DNA from: an uncultured virus (IMG/VR IMGVR_UViG_3300009499_000096) | Taxonomy: Duplodnaviria > Heunggongvirae > Uroviricota > Caudoviricetes | Length of the DNA: 64,000 nt | Direction: 5' to 3' (one strand) | Virus record (IMG/VR): IMGVR_UViG_3300009499_000096 | Shown: piece after piece, positions 1-9,848 of the stretch | How the letters are laid out: each line of letters begins with the position of its first letter | How positions within the stretch are numbered: the first letter of the stretch is position 1 | The notes under the pieces: generated by a model | Databases searched by the model: none | Seen by the model: the letters and a program-made list of their open reading frames with translations, nothing else | Told to the model about the DNA's origin: nothing | Translations under genes and position numbers: made by a program

Positions 1-159
1 GACTTGGGAGCCAGTGGAAATGCCACTAGGACAACCTTGTTCACTAACACTTGGACTGGGCTCACCTTAGCATCAGTAGGGATCATTATCTCTGCTGCTG
101 TTGGTATCCTAGCACTTGTGTTATCTTCACTTGGAAGAGGAGCTGCTGGAGTAGCATAG
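1..159 (+). CDS. 5'-truncated ORF; candidate spindle-virus-type major capsid protein (C-terminal half)
   Basis: Frame 1 reads DLGASGNATRTTLFTNTWTGLTLASVGIIISAAVGILALVLSSLGRGAAGVA*: an N-A-T sequon in a turn followed by a long hydrophobic helix; followed by hairpin and T-tract; not in the ORF track. Confidence 0.55.
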   Translation, partial: DLGASGNATRTTLFTNTWTGLTLASVGIIISAAVGILALVLSSLGRGAAGVA

Positions 160-210
160 ACACACGACTGAAAATCTGAAGTTTGCCACAGCAAGAACAA
201 TAACACAATA

Positions 211-262
211 GTTGCTAGGGCTCTATCAGCCCAAGCAACAGCCTATCCCTTTCTTTTTTTTT
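211..262 (+). terminator. Stem-loop plus oligo-T terminator
   Basis: GTTGCTAGGGCT-ctatc-AGCCCAAGCAAC (211-239, one mismatch), then TTTCTTTTTTTTT (250-262). Confidence 0.6.
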
Positions 263-264
263 CA

Positions 265-278
265 ATAAATCTTATAAC
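265..278 (+). promoter_or_regulatory. Archaeal TATA-like box for the 303 ORF (probably leaderless)
   Basis: aataaatcTTATAA ending about 25 nt upstream of ATG 303. Confidence 0.5.
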
Positions 279-302
279 CAGAAGATGATGAAATAATAAG
301 GC

Positions 303-2708
303 ATGAACCTCTCAAGAGTGAAAAGCTCTTTTTTCATCTGCATCATCTTGTTATCCATCTTAACATCTATTCTAATGCTTGGAACCCAGATTTTACCAGT
401 CAAAGCAGCTTATGAAGATTTCACAACTTGGACAGAAGTAGATGTTGGAGCAGACAGAATCACTGTGACAGCTAATAATGTGGCTATTCATACTGAGAAT
501 GATGAGGATACTTATGTCTATAATGATTATGGAGCAGACTTCTTCACTGATTTTACTCATCAATTTGATGGAATGTGTGATGACGTTCAATCTGGAGTTC
601 CCAGTATGTCTGCATATCTCTATGGACAAGGAAATGTTGTAGATGATTTTTATGGTGGTTATCAACTTGGTAGTGCTGCTGATGGATTTGGAGTCATGTT
701 CTATGCAACTGCTGGAGCCCTTCTACGAATATATCTCAGAGAATGTTATGATGGAACACCATATGCAGATTGGACAGCCTTCAACACAGAGGATGTTTGG
801 TGTTATTTTGAACTCACTAAATCTGGAACTTCCTTGACTCTGGAAATCTACAGTTCTGATGCTCTTAGAACTGCTGGTGGTGGTGGAGACTATGACACAT
901 TAACTTTGACTCTCCATGAGGACTATAGTATGAGATACTTGTTTGCTCCATGGTGTTTCAATAATGCAAACAATGAATGGCAAGAAATAGAAGTAGCTAA
1001 CTTGGAATTTGTAATCACTTACCCTGCTTGTTTTGATTTTGGAGAAACTTCTCACCTTGCGAATACAGAGACTACTTTTTATGCAAATTGGACAGCAGGA
1101 ACATCTGAAAACATGAGCCATTGGATCATTGGATCAAACGTCAGTGGAACATTTACAAATACTACCTACAAATTTGATGTGCTAGAAGAAACTTTGCTAG
1201 AAAATGCTTCAACAGGTGGAACCAATGGATATGCTGATTTGAGGACAGGACATCCTTCTAGTGTTGCTGTGTTCAGTTCTACCTCTCAAGGTGTTAAGTT
1301 GAATTATGGTGACGTTGATTGTAACATAACGAAATATGGTGTTAGTTTGAGGAAGGGTTTTGGTTCTCCCAATGTAAATTTGACGATTGGTATTTATGAA
1401 GCTAGTGGTTCAAATCCAAATAGTTTTCCTAATAGTATTTGGAGCAGCATAGAAAACTCCACAAAACTCAATTCTACAACACTGACGACTTCTTTTGTAG
1501 CTTATAATTTTACGTTTGATGGAAGTTTTCAGATGGCTCATGGTTCCTATTATTTTTTCGCTGTTTTGGTTGTTGATGTAGTCTTGATTAATAGTGCGAA
1601 TACTGTGAGGGTTTTGTTCAATGACCAAACAGCTTTTCCAAATCCTTATGTTTATGGTAATGAAGCAACATATCATGATGATTCTTGGAGTGCTGAACCT
1701 GAAATATGGGATATGGACTTTAAACTTTATGGAGTTCCTATCTACGACACAACATGGGCAAATTATACAACAACTCTACCAATCATAGTAGGGCAAGTTA
1801 TACAATGGCAACAATGGGCTAATAACACAAAAGATGATTGGAATACAATAGGACTACAGACATTTACGATAACTGGAGTGAACTTCACTTTATACTTCAG
1901 TCATGATGGTTACTTCACAATTAATGCAATCTCAAGAATTGAAGAACCACTTTGGGCTGTGAATGGAACTGAATATGGCTTTGCCAATGGAACAGACATT
2001 AATCTTCTAGCGTCTCCCAAAAACGCAAGCTATTATTGGCTGAACTTTACATGGGATTCAGGTAACTCCATTGAGAACAATGTCATTCTCAATGTCATTT
2101 TACCTATGGAAGGATATGAATTTTGGTGTTACTTCAATTCCACACCTACTGCTGGAATAGGAGAAGTCTATCTTGTAGCAAGGTTCATGATGAACGTCTC
2201 CATACCAAACATTTACGATCCTATCTTGTTTGATGCCAGCACTTCTGAGAGCAGTTCAGCAATCTCATCTTACACTTGGGATTTTGGGGATGGAGACAGT
2301 GGATCAGGAGTTACAGCTACACATGATTATGAAGCCTATGGAAACCACACAGTTCAACTCACAGTAGTTTCTACTGATGGTTCAGATAGTCATTCCCAGT
2401 GGATCGTGGTAGGTGAACTTCCTCAGTGGCTTGGTGAATTTAACACATTACCTCTCAATCAAACAATCTTCCTTGTGATAATCGGTATCTTCTTCAGCTC
2501 TCTGTTCTTTAGCAGAAAAGAAGTTCCCTTTGGAGCTATCAGCTTTGGAGTGTGGCTAGTCACTGGAATGGTGTGGATTCTCATAACTCCAGTAGCTTAC
2601 ATGGCTTCTATGCTGTTCTTTGGGATAGCAATTATTATATTGATACTGACAATAATACAACAGTTCCACAACCTGAAAGTAGATCGGTATGGAGCAGATT
2701 TGATGTGA
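303..2708 (+). CDS. Large membrane-anchored surface glycoprotein with PKD domain (putative adhesin/virion protein)
   Basis: N-terminal signal peptide (..PVKA), beta-rich acidic body, many N-x-S/T sequons, PKD signature FDASTS..YTWDFGDG..HDY..G.HTVQLTV, three C-terminal TM segments. Confidence 0.8.
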   Translation: MNLSRVKSSFFICIILLSILTSILMLGTQILPVKAAYEDFTTWTEVDVGADRITVTANNVAIHTENDEDTYVYNDYGADFFTDFTHQFDGMCDDVQSGVPSMSAYLYGQGNVVDDFYGGYQLGSAADGFGVMFYATAGALLRIYLRECYDGTPYADWTAFNTEDVWCYFELTKSGTSLTLEIYSSDALRTAGGGGDYDTLTLTLHEDYSMRYLFAPWCFNNANNEWQEIEVANLEFVITYPACFDFGETSHLANTETTFYANWTAGTSENMSHWIIGSNVSGTFTNTTYKFDVLEETLLENASTGGTNGYADLRTGHPSSVAVFSSTSQGVKLNYGDVDCNITKYGVSLRKGFGSPNVNLTIGIYEASGSNPNSFPNSIWSSIENSTKLNSTTLTTSFVAYNFTFDGSFQMAHGSYYFFAVLVVDVVLINSANTVRVLFNDQTAFPNPYVYGNEATYHDDSWSAEPEIWDMDFKLYGVPIYDTTWANYTTTLPIIVGQVIQWQQWANNTKDDWNTIGLQTFTITGVNFTLYFSHDGYFTINAISRIEEPLWAVNGTEYGFANGTDINLLASPKNASYYWLNFTWDSGNSIENNVILNVILPMEGYEFWCYFNSTPTAGIGEVYLVARFMMNVSIPNIYDPILFDASTSESSSAISSYTWDFGDGDSGSGVTATHDYEAYGNHTVQLTVVSTDGSDSHSQWIVVGELPQWLGEFNTLPLNQTIFLVIIGIFFSSLFFSRKEVPFGAISFGVWLVTGMVWILITPVAYMASMLFFGIAIIILILTIIQQFHNLKVDRYGADLM

Positions 2709-2714
2709 TTAATC

Positions 2715-3008
2715 GTGTATGATTTTGAAGTCTATATACTTCTTATCATGGCATTATTCTTCACAACTCTCTACGAAATTGGTCACTCAAAGAAAAGAGA
2801 CTACCAGAACGATTATCTCTGGAGTGGCATCTTTGCTTCTATTATCTGGATTGTTATAGGCTTGACGTATTTTGTTGGAGCAGCCAGCAACACACCACAA
2901 CAGCCCTATGTGATAGCTTTATTACCTTGGGGAATCGGTATGTTCTACATCATCAGGTTCATGGTGGACTTAATTGATGTTAGGAGAATCAGTAGGGAAT
3001 TAACGTGA
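2715..3008 (+). CDS. Small 3-TM membrane protein
   Basis: Three hydrophobic segments; coupled to neighbours. Confidence 0.7.
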   Translation: MYDFEVYILLIMALFFTTLYEIGHSKKRDYQNDYLWSGIFASIIWIVIGLTYFVGAASNTPQQPYVIALLPWGIGMFYIIRFMVDLIDVRRISRELT

Positions 3009-3463
3009 CTTATCCACCTGTTAATATCAAAGATGAAATGCTGAGAGGAGTAATGCAAGGAGAATCCATGCAGCCAACTACTCCTGATGAACTGCAAGTT
3101 TACATGGGACAAGTTTACCACCTGTTGAAAGACGATGAAGTAATGAAGCTAGTCAAAGATGATGAAGATTTAACACCTATGTTGCCAACTATCAGCCATA
3201 TGCTCCGAACCAGCAACTTGGATAAGAAAACAAGGTTCGTTATGAAGCTTAGGGCAAGAAGGGCTTTAAGGTTACAACTGATGGTTTTAAAAACTCCCAA
3301 TTTAGTTAGCCAAGCCAAGTTTGACTCATGGCTAAACTTCATCTTTGCTGCTATAGACGACACCGATGCTGGCTGGAGAGGCAAATTAGTTACTGAAAGA
3401 ATCAAGAGCTACAAGGTAGAGATGTCTGGAGCTGGAAGAAAGAAGTTCCTAGGTGTATTCTAA
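3005..3463 (+). CDS. Hypothetical protein in the structural module
   Basis: 152 aa ORF, GTGA overlap with the upstream gene. Confidence 0.65.
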   Translation: MTYPPVNIKDEMLRGVMQGESMQPTTPDELQVYMGQVYHLLKDDEVMKLVKDDEDLTPMLPTISHMLRTSNLDKKTRFVMKLRARRALRLQLMVLKTPNLVSQAKFDSWLNFIFAAIDDTDAGWRGKLVTERIKSYKVEMSGAGRKKFLGVF

Positions 3464-3465
3464 CT

Positions 3466-4293
3466 ATGGTTTCAATCTGGGATTGGCTGAACTACGTTAT
3501 CATGCCTCTTGTCGGATACATCACTGTGTTCACAGTTCCATGGCTAATACCTCTGCTTTGGAAGAAGCTGTTACCTAGTGCTGCAAGGACAATGTTTTGG
3601 GCTGCAAGACGCAAGCAACCACCAGCCTTAATCTGTCATGACTCTGGAAGATCTCAATTCACTCTAGTTAAGGAGAGACGTGGTTCTGGTGTCGTCTTTA
3701 CTGACACTGGCAAATACAAGATACTGCCAAGATACAGGTTGAAAACCTCTACTGTTCAAAAGAAGAAAGAGGATGGAAAGACTACAAAACCTGTTCCTGA
3801 ACTTTCAGGTGATAAGAAGGAAATTCTCAAGCAAGTGCAAGGGAGACTTTCAGAGTTAAAAGACAGATACATTCTTGACTATACAGATTGGATTGTGAAG
3901 AGAAGTATGCTCATCGGTTTAGATCTTCCTTTGTTTGTTGGCTACTCAGGGAAACTTTGCCTATTAAACCCTGAAGCCTTAGCTCTCTATGAGGCTGGGG
4001 AGCTCTATATTAAAACTGAAGATGAAACCATGTTCAATCCTCATGAACTAGATGGTAAAGAAATGGAAGATGCTTTTCAACCATTAATGCTGATTGATCC
4101 AAGGAAGATTAAAGAAATCATTAACGATGGTTTTGATCAAGCTCAGATAGCAGCCATCGTAGTGGACTCAGAGCTCATTGGGCTTCAAGGTAGAGGAATG
4201 GGAAGATACTTGCCCTACTTCATGATTATAGGAGTAGTAATAGTTGCTCTCCTAGCAATCTTCCTTCTCCCCAGCATCCTTCCAATGGGATGA
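3466..4293 (+). CDS. Membrane protein with N- and C-terminal TM helices
   Basis: Hydrophobic termini, soluble core. Confidence 0.7.
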   Translation: MVSIWDWLNYVIMPLVGYITVFTVPWLIPLLWKKLLPSAARTMFWAARRKQPPALICHDSGRSQFTLVKERRGSGVVFTDTGKYKILPRYRLKTSTVQKKKEDGKTTKPVPELSGDKKEILKQVQGRLSELKDRYILDYTDWIVKRSMLIGLDLPLFVGYSGKLCLLNPEALALYEAGELYIKTEDETMFNPHELDGKEMEDAFQPLMLIDPRKIKEIINDGFDQAQIAAIVVDSELIGLQGRGMGRYLPYFMIIGVVIVALLAIFLLPSILPMG

Positions 4294-4501
4294 AAAACAT
4301 GATTGCCTACTTTGGAGTAGATGCAAACAAAACTCACTGTGCACAGGTTAGCAAGTTGAAGAAACTCCAACTCTATCTTATCAAATAACACTGTTTCGGT
4401 AGGGCTATTTGGCTTAAAAACCACTTGGCTACAAGGAGCACAATGGAATACTAGGTGATACTGGTGAGGCTGGTAAACCTTTGAATTAATCCATCACCAA
4501 G

Positions 4502-4855
4502 CTAGAAAATCGCAAGCTTTTTACCCTTCTTCTCCTCTTCCTTCTTCTTCTGTTCTTTAACTTTGCTGGATTTCTTCTTTGAACCCTTTTTCCTTGGTGT
4601 TCTCTCTATCTTCCAATTAATGTTAGTTAAAATATGAGGATGGTTGATGAAGAGAGTGCACAAGTGGAATAGAATGATGCAGAGAATGAAAGCAAGATAG
4701 TTGAAGGCTGCTGGCATAATACTATCAAGAAGCTCTTTTCTGTGAAGTATCACTTGGAAGTAGTAGCTCCAGTAGAAGAAGATCCCAGCTCCAATAAGGG
4801 AGCAGATTCTGATGAACCCGAATAAAAACTCTATTTGAATCTTAGTAAGTTTCAT
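4502..4855 (-). CDS. 2-TM protein with Lys-rich tail
   Basis: Two hydrophobic helices and a K/E-rich C-terminus. Confidence 0.6.
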   Translation of the reverse strand: MKLTKIQIEFLFGFIRICSLIGAGIFFYWSYYFQVILHRKELLDSIMPAAFNYLAFILCIILFHLCTLFINHPHILTNINWKIERTPRKKGSKKKSSKVKEQKKKEEEKKGKKLAIF

Positions 4856-4902
4856 GACAGCTTATTATACAATAAGGAATTTAAAAGTTTACTGACACTC
4901 CC

Positions 4903-5289
4903 CTATGCTTCCACTGGAGCTCTTATTGTGGAGCTACATTCAATTCTGAATGGGAATCTTATTATGTGTCCTTTTCTCTCCCAGTCTAAACCAAAACGTA
5001 GAGGCAAGCCAAGACTTCTCACATCAAACCTCTGCTTATGGTGATAGAAGAGGAAAGGAAGCTTAATCTTGACAACTTTCCCTACTCTGCATAATTCCCT
5101 CAAGGCTTTCTTAGGGAACTTTACGTGCTCTAAAACATGGTAGCATAACACAACATCAAACACTTGGTCTCTGAAAGGCAAATAATGAGCAGAAGCAGCT
5201 ATATTCCTAGCATCGGTTCTATTCAATTCTAATCTTATGTCAGCCCTAATCTTGCCACCACAACCAACATCTAAACTCTTTGCAAGCAT
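4903..5289 (-). CDS. Class I SAM-dependent methyltransferase (Methyltransf_11-like)
   Basis: LDVGCG motif; LPFRDQVFDVVLCYHVLEHV..P.KALRELCRV. Confidence 0.85.
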   Translation of the reverse strand: MLAKSLDVGCGGKIRADIRLELNRTDARNIAASAHYLPFRDQVFDVVLCYHVLEHVKFPKKALRELCRVGKVVKIKLPFLFYHHKQRFDVRSLGLPLRFGLDWERKGHIIRFPFRIECSSTIRAPVEA

Positions 5290-5512
5290 GGAATAACGCT
5301 ATTGTTTGATTGCCTATATTGTTTTTGAGAACAAATCTTTAAAAGCTGGAAAAACACTCTAGTATTTTATACCCAATGTCATATAGGAATTGAAATGCGA
5401 AAGCCCAAACATACCTTGTCGGGCATATGCCAGTGGCTAGACCTTGCAGATGGGTTTTGCTGAACTCTGCAAACGCTGATTAAATAGCCACTCTATCTTC
5501 TTCACAGAAATA

Positions 5513-5552
5513 TTCACTAAACACTCAAGTTTTTTAGTGAAAAATTTTATAA
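5513..5552 (+). promoter_or_regulatory. Inverted repeat (operator-like) next to a TATA-like box
   Basis: TTCACTAAA (5513-5521) ... TTTAGTGAA (5533-5541) immediately before TTTTATAA. Confidence 0.45.
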
Positions 5553-5644
5553 CCATAAATCAATAGAAGAAAGAGCCCTACACTTTGGAGCTCTCCTAAT
5601 CTTGCCAGACTCTGCTAATCATCATAACAGGATGTCATAATGGC

Positions 5645-6403
5645 TTGTATGACACCAGTAGAGAAGGTTCAATGAGACGAGAGATCAGAGCTCTTTTGAA
5701 TAAAAATCCATTGCTAACAGCCAAGCCGATATGTAAGATCCTTGGCATTGATTATAAGACGTATGGACATTATGTTAGAAATGAAAAATGTATCTGGAAA
5801 AAGTCATACAAAAATAGGCTACACCTAAAAGGCTTAACTGGAGATAACTTCAAGAATTGGAGAGGCTGGGTTTATGTTCAAAAGATTATTGATCGCAAGA
5901 AGGATTCTACTGTAACTGAGAGAGCTGTTGAAGCTGGATGGATCCTGACTAAAGCTAGGAATCGGTTTTTGCTGTGGAAGGATCCAAAGAGAGGTAGGCT
6001 TGAATGGTTTGAGACTGGTAGAGTCAAGATTTGGATAAGGAAACCAGCAAACAGAGGAAAAGCCAATGAGATACTGGTCAATAGTTTTCTAAGGACAGGG
6101 CTCATTAGTAACTTCAAGATTTTTGAGGCTTTGCTGAGATCGGTTAGGTTTAAGGGAGCAACTTTACTGATTCCAACTTCGATGAGGCTACCATATTTGA
6201 AGCTGGATCTTCTTAAGGAGAGTAATGGAGTAGTGTTCAAGATGGGAGATTTGAGTCATCCTGATTGCCTAGAGTTTAATTTTTTCTATCCTGATTGGGG
6301 AGAACATTCTGAAGCTGTTGTTGCAAGGTTTCATAAATTGCTGGGAGATGTGTTCAATCCCAAGACTCAAGATCCAAAGAAACCTTCCTTTTATGATACA
6401 TGA
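5645..6403 (+). CDS. Basic hypothetical protein with an N-terminal HTH-like segment; possible DNA-binding/replication protein
   Basis: LLNKNPLLTAKPICKILG HTH-like start; adjacent to a repeat tract; resembles, from memory only, hypothetical proteins of Bathyarchaeia. Confidence 0.55.
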   Translation: MYDTSREGSMRREIRALLNKNPLLTAKPICKILGIDYKTYGHYVRNEKCIWKKSYKNRLHLKGLTGDNFKNWRGWVYVQKIIDRKKDSTVTERAVEAGWILTKARNRFLLWKDPKRGRLEWFETGRVKIWIRKPANRGKANEILVNSFLRTGLISNFKIFEALLRSVRFKGATLLIPTSMRLPYLKLDLLKESNGVVFKMGDLSHPDCLEFNFFYPDWGEHSEAVVARFHKLLGDVFNPKTQDPKKPSFYDT

Positions 6404-6478
6404 GAGGAATGGATTGTATCTCTAATCCTTTTTTTATATTCGCCAGCTATGTTGTAAGATATACAGGGGATATAGTGT

Positions 6479-6660
6479 CATGTTGAACATCCCTGTGAAT
6501 ATCCATGTTGAACTTCATAGTTGAACTTCATGGTTATAATTCATGATTCAAACTGATGGAACAATAACAAAGTTATGGTTATGATCATAACATTATGCCT
6601 AAACTTCTTGGTTGAAATTAATGATTGAACTCATTAGTTTATCTTCAGGGTTAAACATAA
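6479..6660. repeat. Degenerate 12-13-bp tandem repeats, consensus about CATRGTTGAACTT
   Basis: catgttgaacat, catgttgaactt, catagttgaactt, catggttataatt, catgattcaaact, cttggttgaaatt, aatgattgaact, cagggttaaacat in a non-coding AT-rich gap. Confidence 0.65.
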
Positions 6661-6758
6661 CATATTGTTTTACTTTGGGGATAGACTATTGTTCTAGTGA
6701 ATTACTCCATATCGTTTAATAAGGCAAATCTGAACCATTTTCTTAGGAGAAATACAAA

Positions 6759-7244
6759 TTGGCTGAGTTAAATGAATTAGAGAAGAAAGAATTAAGGATG
6801 ATTTTGAGGTTATCAAACAATAGGATTTTGAACGCTATCTTCAAGAACCCTAAGAAGTCTGATAGGCAAATTGCTAAGGCAATTGGTATGTCTCAGCCAA
6901 CTGTCACTAGAACAAGAACTAAGTTTCTTGGAATGAGATTCTTCAAATATGCTGTAATCCCGAATTTAACAAAGTTTCGTTATAAAGTGGTTGCATGGTC
7001 TCAAGTGCCCTTTTTCAACATTAGTTTATCTGATGTAATGAATAAAGAGGTAATGTTGAAGAAGCTGAAAGAGGATGATCGCATTATCTTTGCTATGGAA
7101 GGGATGTTCAAGGTAATCATTGTTCTCAGCAAACATAAAAGTTACCAAGATTACTGTGATTTCTGTAGGCAATATGCTATTCTGGAAACTGTCTCCACGA
7201 CTCCAAGGGGAATCCTGAAACCAATCACATTCAATAAACCATGA
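6759..7244 (+). CDS. Lrp/AsnC-family transcriptional regulator
   Basis: wHTH SDRQIAKAIGMSQPTVTRTRTK followed by YAVIPNLTKFRY and a RAM-like C-domain. Confidence 0.8.
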   Translation: MAELNELEKKELRMILRLSNNRILNAIFKNPKKSDRQIAKAIGMSQPTVTRTRTKFLGMRFFKYAVIPNLTKFRYKVVAWSQVPFFNISLSDVMNKEVMLKKLKEDDRIIFAMEGMFKVIIVLSKHKSYQDYCDFCRQYAILETVSTTPRGILKPITFNKP

Positions 7245-7255
7245 GCTGAATTACC

Positions 7256-7761
7256 TTGAAGAGATACACCAAAGCAGAATACCACAACAAAATTCTTAAT
7301 TTCTATGTTTTCTCCACTACTGTTCCTTTTTTCATTCTAATGTTTGGCATCTTTCCAGTCTGGAATGTAGCTTCTGTTTGGATTGCTCTTCTTTGTCAAT
7401 GGCTCCCTTGTTTATTAACTTGGCAAGTCGTATTGAAGAAAATAGATCAGAGGTATAAGTGAACCATAAAGGTGGTGAGTTCATGGAAACAGAAGAGATA
7501 GCTGAAGAAGCAGAGAAGTTAGAACAAGAACGTGAGCAAAGAGATCAAGAGAGGAGAGACAAAATCATAACCAAGGAACTATGGAAAGTCTATAGCAATA
7601 AAGTTCTCAGATTCTTTGCTGTTGTAGGTATCATCTCCTTCATTATGGTGTCTGTTGGGCTGGCTCCTGTCTATCAAGGCAATGCTTTACTTATTGCTTT
7701 GATTCCCTTTGTAGCATCTATCCTAACAGGTTCTATAATGAGTGGAAAACTCAGGAAGTAG
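7256..7761 (+). CDS. Two small 2-TM membrane proteins (7256-7462, 7459-7761)
   Basis: Hydrophobic helix pairs; GGTGA RBS before an internal ATG of the second ORF. Confidence 0.55.
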
Positions 7762-7909
7762 CATAGTCATGGTGTCAAACCAAGTTATCCTTTCCGCAAA
7801 AGGAACCTTCTTCTCCTTCAGATTCTAAAGAAGCTGGGTTTCTCTTGGTTTGACATCTGACACCTTTATTAAGTTCCTCTACATTTTCTAGGCTTTAGTT
7901 GATGCAGAC

Positions 7910-8935
7910 TTGGCAAAAGGGTTTGATGCAAGAAGTTACTCTGCTGCTGAAACCTTCCCCATGAAGATTCTCACGAACCGAAACCTTTTGGAAACAGCTC
8001 TTAAGTTCAAGAAAATTGTTCCGATTCATCTTCAATTATGTCCAACTAACCGATGTAATTTTAGTTGCTCCATGTGCTCATGCAGCTCCAGAGATAAATC
8101 CTTAGAGATTCCTGTTGATCGAATTATAGATTTTATGAGGGAGTTCAAGCTTCTTGGTGGAGAATCAGTGACGATTACAGGTGGTGGAGAGCCACTATTT
8201 CATAAACACATTGGTAGTTTGGTAGATTCAATTATTGATTTAGGCATTAAGATTGGGATTGTCACTAATGGAAGTTTATGGCATAGAATTGTAGAGTCGT
8301 CTAGGAAGTTTGATAGGATAACTTGGATTCGTGTAAGCTCCTCTGATAGTTTACCTGATCAACTTGAAAGATTGGGTAAAGATTTCTCTTGGTGGATGCA
8401 GCAACAGGATAGCATTGTGAGAAAGTATCCGACTATTGACTGGGCTTTCAGCCATGTTGTCACTGAGGATGATCCACAATTTACACTTATTGGAAAATTG
8501 ATTCGCTTTGCAAACCAACATAAATTTACTCATGTGAGATTAGTTAGCAATATTCTAAGAGCAGAAGCACTTTCCAGTAAAATGGGAGAGATTAAGAAAT
8601 CTATGGGTTTGGATAGGATTGATGATAGTATTGTGAACTATCAGGATAGAGCAACCTACGTGAGAGGAACTAACCCATGTTTCATCAGTTTGCTGAAACC
8701 TGTCTTAGCTGCTGATGGTAAAATCTATCCTTGCTGTGGAGTCCAGTATGCTTTAAAGAAACCAAGCAGAGATTTTGAACCAACAATGAATATGGGTTCC
8801 ATGGATGAATTTACTGAAATGATTAACGCACAAAAGTTCTTTGATGGAAGCAGTTGTGTGAAATGCTACTACCATAACTACAATGATGCTTTGGGAACTC
8901 TTGTGAATGGCATCAAGCATAAGGAGTTTATCTGA
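7910..8935 (+). CDS. Radical SAM protein with C-terminal SPASM/twitch-like Cys cluster
   Basis: CNFSCSMC (CxxxCxxC), TGGGEP, VTNG; C-terminal C..ADGKIYPCC..CVKC. Confidence 0.9.
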   Translation: MAKGFDARSYSAAETFPMKILTNRNLLETALKFKKIVPIHLQLCPTNRCNFSCSMCSCSSRDKSLEIPVDRIIDFMREFKLLGGESVTITGGGEPLFHKHIGSLVDSIIDLGIKIGIVTNGSLWHRIVESSRKFDRITWIRVSSSDSLPDQLERLGKDFSWWMQQQDSIVRKYPTIDWAFSHVVTEDDPQFTLIGKLIRFANQHKFTHVRLVSNILRAEALSSKMGEIKKSMGLDRIDDSIVNYQDRATYVRGTNPCFISLLKPVLAADGKIYPCCGVQYALKKPSRDFEPTMNMGSMDEFTEMINAQKFFDGSSCVKCYYHNYNDALGTLVNGIKHKEFI

Positions 8936-8939
8936 TGTA

Positions 8940-9848
8940 ATGAGGATTCTTCATGTATGGGATCAAGCTGGAGTTAGTTGTCTCCTTGCTTTGTATCAGA
9001 GAAAGCTTGGTCATGTAGCCGACATTATAATGAGGGAAGAGTTCTCTGCTGGGATGATGGAGTATTATGGGCTCACTGAGAAGTATTTTTACATGGCTGA
9101 GAAAATAGACAAGACGACAACAAAACGTAAAGCCTACTACAAACTTCCCGAACCAATCAGGAACTATGTTAGATCAATTAAACGAAAGCTGAGAAGTATC
9201 AGATTCCATCTCAAAGTTAGGGAAGCAGCTAAGAACTATGACATCGTGCACATTCACAGTAGCTGGATTAGCCTCTTATTCATTCCTTTCAAGAAGAAAA
9301 TCATTCACTGGCATGGAGACGACTGTAGAAAACAACCTAGCCTCAAACCCAGATTCAAAAAATGGCTGACTAGACTATTCATTCTCATCTACAGCCGATT
9401 CCACACCATGTATGTTTCAACACCTGACTTACTCAGGGATGTTCCTAATGCAGAGTGGCTTCCTAACCCAGTGGACTTAGACCATTTCAGCAACAGAACT
9501 TCTTTTCATCCTAGAACAGCTCTTTACACTCATAGCTGGTATGAGTCTGGAGATCATGCAAAATTTCTGGCTGTATTATACGGTTTGAATCTTACTGTGT
9601 TGGATAGAACAATTCATACTAATTGGATTCCTCACAAGGACTTCCCAGTTTACTTGGGGAAGTTTGATGTGTTTATTGATAGGAAGGAGATTCCTTCACT
9701 GAGTAAAACTGGTTTAGAAGCTCTAGCTCTTGGGATGGTGGTGGTTCAAGGATGGGATTATAAGGTGATACAGGGCTTGGATCGTAAGCATCATCCAGAA
9801 ATTTGTGCGAAAAGAGTCATTGAAATTTATGAGGAAATTTTGAAATGA
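8940..9848 (+). CDS. GT-B fold glycosyltransferase (GT4-like)
   Basis: MRILHV start, YDIVHIHS, IIHWHGDD, LPNPVD, SKTGLEALALG; start placed at ATG 8940. Confidence 0.8.
   Translation: MRILHVWDQAGVSCLLALYQRKLGHVADIIMREEFSAGMMEYYGLTEKYFYMAEKIDKTTTKRKAYYKLPEPIRNYVRSIKRKLRSIRFHLKVREAAKNYDIVHIHSSWISLLFIPFKKKIIHWHGDDCRKQPSLKPRFKKWLTRLFILIYSRFHTMYVSTPDLLRDVPNAEWLPNPVDLDHFSNRTSFHPRTALYTHSWYESGDHAKFLAVLYGLNLTVLDRTIHTNWIPHKDFPVYLGKFDVFIDRKEIPSLSKTGLEALALGMVVVQGWDYKVIQGLDRKHHPEICAKRVIEIYEEILK

Noticed and set aside
6479..6660. Mini-CRISPR array
   Set aside because: Units are 12-13 bp, degenerate and adjacent, without unique spacers
7771..7857. tRNA or hammerhead ribozyme
   Set aside because: No TTCRA T-loop or cloverleaf; no properly placed CUGANGA/GAAA core on either strand
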